8,206 nucleotides of DNA, taken from a virus (lineage: Duplodnaviria > Heunggongvirae > Uroviricota > Caudoviricetes). Location: the IMG/VR virus record IMGVR_UViG_2585427776_000003; one strand, written 5' to 3'. The notes below the pieces were generated by a model that saw only the letters and a list, made by a program, of their open reading frames with translations, was not told the DNA's origin and made no database searches. Below, piece after piece: positions 6,961-8,206 of this stretch. The translations under genes and the position numbers were made by a program. Position 1 is the stretch's first letter. The number at the start of each line of letters is the position of its first letter.

Positions 6961-7167
6961 ATGAATAAAGAACAATCTGCTGATGATCCCTCCGTGGATC
7001 TGATTCGTGTAAAAAATATGCTTAATAGCACCATTTCTATGAGTTACCCTGATGTTGTAATTGCATGTATAGAACATAAGGTGTCTCTGGAAGCATTCAG
7101 AGCAATTGAGGCAGCGTTGGTGAAGCACGATAATAATATGAAGGATTATTCCCTGGTGGTTGACTGA
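6961..7167 (+). CDS. ybcW: YbcW-like small protein (68 aa); function unknown
   Basis: ATG at 6961 with GGAG 8 nt upstream. Product [68 protein letters not shown] has no TM segment and is predicted mostly helical. Confidence 0.7.
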
Positions 7168-7331
7168 TCACCATAACTGCTAATCATTCAAACTATTTAG
7201 CCTGTGACAGAGCCAACACGCAGTCTGTCACTGTCAGGAAAGTGGTAAAACTGCAACTCAATTACTGCAATGCCCTCGTAATTAAGTGAATTTACAATAT
7301 CGTCCTGTTCGGAGGGAAGAACGCGGGATGT

Positions 7332-7526
7332 TCATTCTTCATCACTTTTAATTGATGTATATGCTCTCTTTTCTGACGTTAGTCTCCGACGGCAGGCTTC
7401 AATGACCCAGGCTGAGAAATTCCCGGACCCTTTTTGCTCAAGAGCGATGTTAATTTGTTCAATCATTTGGTTAGGAAAGCGGATGTTGCGGGTTGTTGTT
7501 CTGCGGGTTCTGTTCTTCGTTGACAT
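7332..7526 (-). CDS. ylcI: YlcI-like small basic protein (DUF3950), possible ribbon-helix-helix-type DNA binder
   Basis: 64-aa ORF MSTKNRTRRTTTRNIRFPNQMIEQINIALEQKGSGNFSAWVIEACRRRL... has a basic N-terminus, then a short beta-like segment (RNIRFP) and a helix, a pattern reminiscent of Arc/MetJ/CopG folds. Convergent with ybcW; its start lies about 200 bp from cosN. Confidence 0.7.
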   Translation of the reverse strand: MSTKNRTRRTTTRNIRFPNQMIEQINIALEQKGSGNFSAWVIEACRRRLTSEKRAYTSIKSDEE

Positions 7527-7725
7527 GAGGTTGCCCCGTATTCAGTGTCGCTGATTTGTATTGTCTGAAGTTGTTTTTACGTTAAGTTGATGCAGATCAA
7601 TTAATACGATACCTGCGTCATAATTGATTATTTGACGTGGTTTGATGGCGTAGATGCACGTTGTGACATGTAGATGATAATTATTATCATTTTGCGGGTC
7701 CTTTCCGGCGATCCGACAGGTTACG

Positions 7726-7737
7726 GGGCGGCGACCT
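7726..7737 (+). other. cosN 12-nt cohesive-end sequence GGGCGGCGACCT (terminase nicking site)
   Basis: Exact match to the lambda 12-nt 5' overhang as I recall it, flanked by lambda-like cosQ-side sequence (CGACAGGTTACG). Confidence 0.85.
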
Positions 7738-7775
7738 CGCGGGTTTTCGCTATTTATGAAAATTTTCCGGTTTAA

Positions 7776-7890
7776 GGCGTTTCCGTTCTTCTTCGTCGTA
7801 ACTTAATGTTTTTATTTAAAATACCCCCTGAAAAGAAAGGAAACGACAGGTGCTGAAAACGAACTTTTGGGCCTTTGTCGTTTCCTTTCT
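7776..7890 (+). other. cosB: gpNu1 binding sites R3 (about 7776-7791), R2 (about 7838-7853, inverted), R1 (about 7875-7890), with an AT-rich IHF-type bend site between R3 and R2
   Basis: Three copies of the CGTTTCC core (GGCGTTTCCGTTCTTC; GGAAACGACAGGTGC on the opposite strand; TTGTCGTTTCCTTTCT) in the lambda arrangement. Exact site boundaries are approximate and from memory. Confidence 0.7.
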
Positions 7891-7914
7891 CTGTTTTTGG
7901 CCGTGGAATGAACA

Positions 7915-8206
7915 ATGGAAGTCAACAAAAAGCAGCTGGCTGACATTTTCGGTGCGAGTATCCGTACCATTCAGAACTGGCAGGAACAGGGAATGCCCGT
8001 TCTGCGAGGCGGTGGCAAGGGTAATGAGGTGCTTTATGACTCTGCCGCCGTTATAAGATGGTATGCCGAAAGGGATGCTGAAATTGAGAACGAAAAGCTG
8101 CGCCGGGAGGTTGAAGAACTGCGGCAGTCCAGCGAGGCAGATCTCCAGCCAGGGACTATTGAGTACGAACGCCATCGACTTACGCGTGCGCAGGCCGACG
8201 CACAGG
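7915..8206 (+). CDS. nohD: terminase small subunit, lambda Nu1 type, 3'-partial (runs off the window)
   Basis: ATG at 7915. Product MEVNKKQLADIFGASIRTIQNWQEQGMPVLRGGGKGNEVLYDSAAVIRWYAERDAEIENEKLRREVEELRQ... has the winged-HTH N-terminus of lambda gpNu1. No stop before the window end, which is why it is absent from the ORF track. Confidence 0.93.
   Translation, partial: MEVNKKQLADIFGASIRTIQNWQEQGMPVLRGGGKGNEVLYDSAAVIRWYAERDAEIENEKLRREVEELRQSSEADLQPGTIEYERHRLTRAQADAQ

Larger units (their letters stand above)
7690..7890 (+). other. lambda-type cohesive end site cos (cosQ - cosN - cosB)
   Basis: ...GGGTCCTTTCCGGCGATCCGACAGGTTACG | GGGCGGCGACCTCGCGGGTTTTCGCTATTTATGAAAATTTTCCGG... matches the joined right and left ends of lambda as I recall them, with only a few substitutions. 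Confidence 0.85.

Noticed and set aside
6795-7128. Minus-strand ORFs 6795..7034 and 6922..7128
   Set aside because: They overlap ybcW antisense and the divergent intergenic region; hydrophobic low-complexity products without RBS.
7690-7890. cos as a prophage boundary or attachment site
   Set aside because: cos is the packaging site and is internal to an integrated lambdoid prophage; attL/attR would lie elsewhere, outside this window.
7816-8175. 119-aa minus-strand ORF, and 68-aa plus-strand ORF at 7850..8056
   Set aside because: They span cosB and overlap the Nu1-type terminase gene in other frames; the terminase reading frame matches gpNu1 and explains the region.
1-8206. CRISPR array, tRNA or rRNA genes
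   Set aside because: No repeat-spacer periodicity and no tRNA-like or rRNA-like sequence noticed by eye on either strand; not checked with a dedicated tool.

Overview
This 8.2-kb window reads as the right arm of a lambda/DLP12-type lambdoid prophage from an Escherichia-like host, and I do not see a clear novel multi-gene system in it. Left to right: the 3' part of an IS3-family insertion sequence (IS629/IS1203-like orfB transposase, open to the window edge) whose right end sits inside a NinB-family gene (ybcN-like); the rest of the nin region (ninE, ybcO, rusA, ylcG) with overlapping start/stop codons; a small Q-type late antiterminator (quuD-like); a cluster of hairpins; an intact OmpC/OmpF-family porin gene (nmpC-like) on the opposite strand, followed by about 590 bp of strongly AT-rich DNA; a phage-21-type lysis cassette (pinholin with dual start, SAR endolysin, Rz with embedded Rz1); the Bor lipoprotein gene; three small poorly characterised genes (ybcV, ybcW, ylcI); a lambda-type cos site; and the 5' end of a Nu1-type small terminase gene running off the window. 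No tRNA, rRNA or CRISPR array was seen. The least understood parts are the bor-to-cos accessory segment (ybcV/ybcW/ylcI and nearby inverted repeats) and the regulatory layout around the porin gene. All calls come from reading the sequence and recalling family signatures; no database search was run, start codons are inferred from RBS and overlap logic, and composition statements are by eye.
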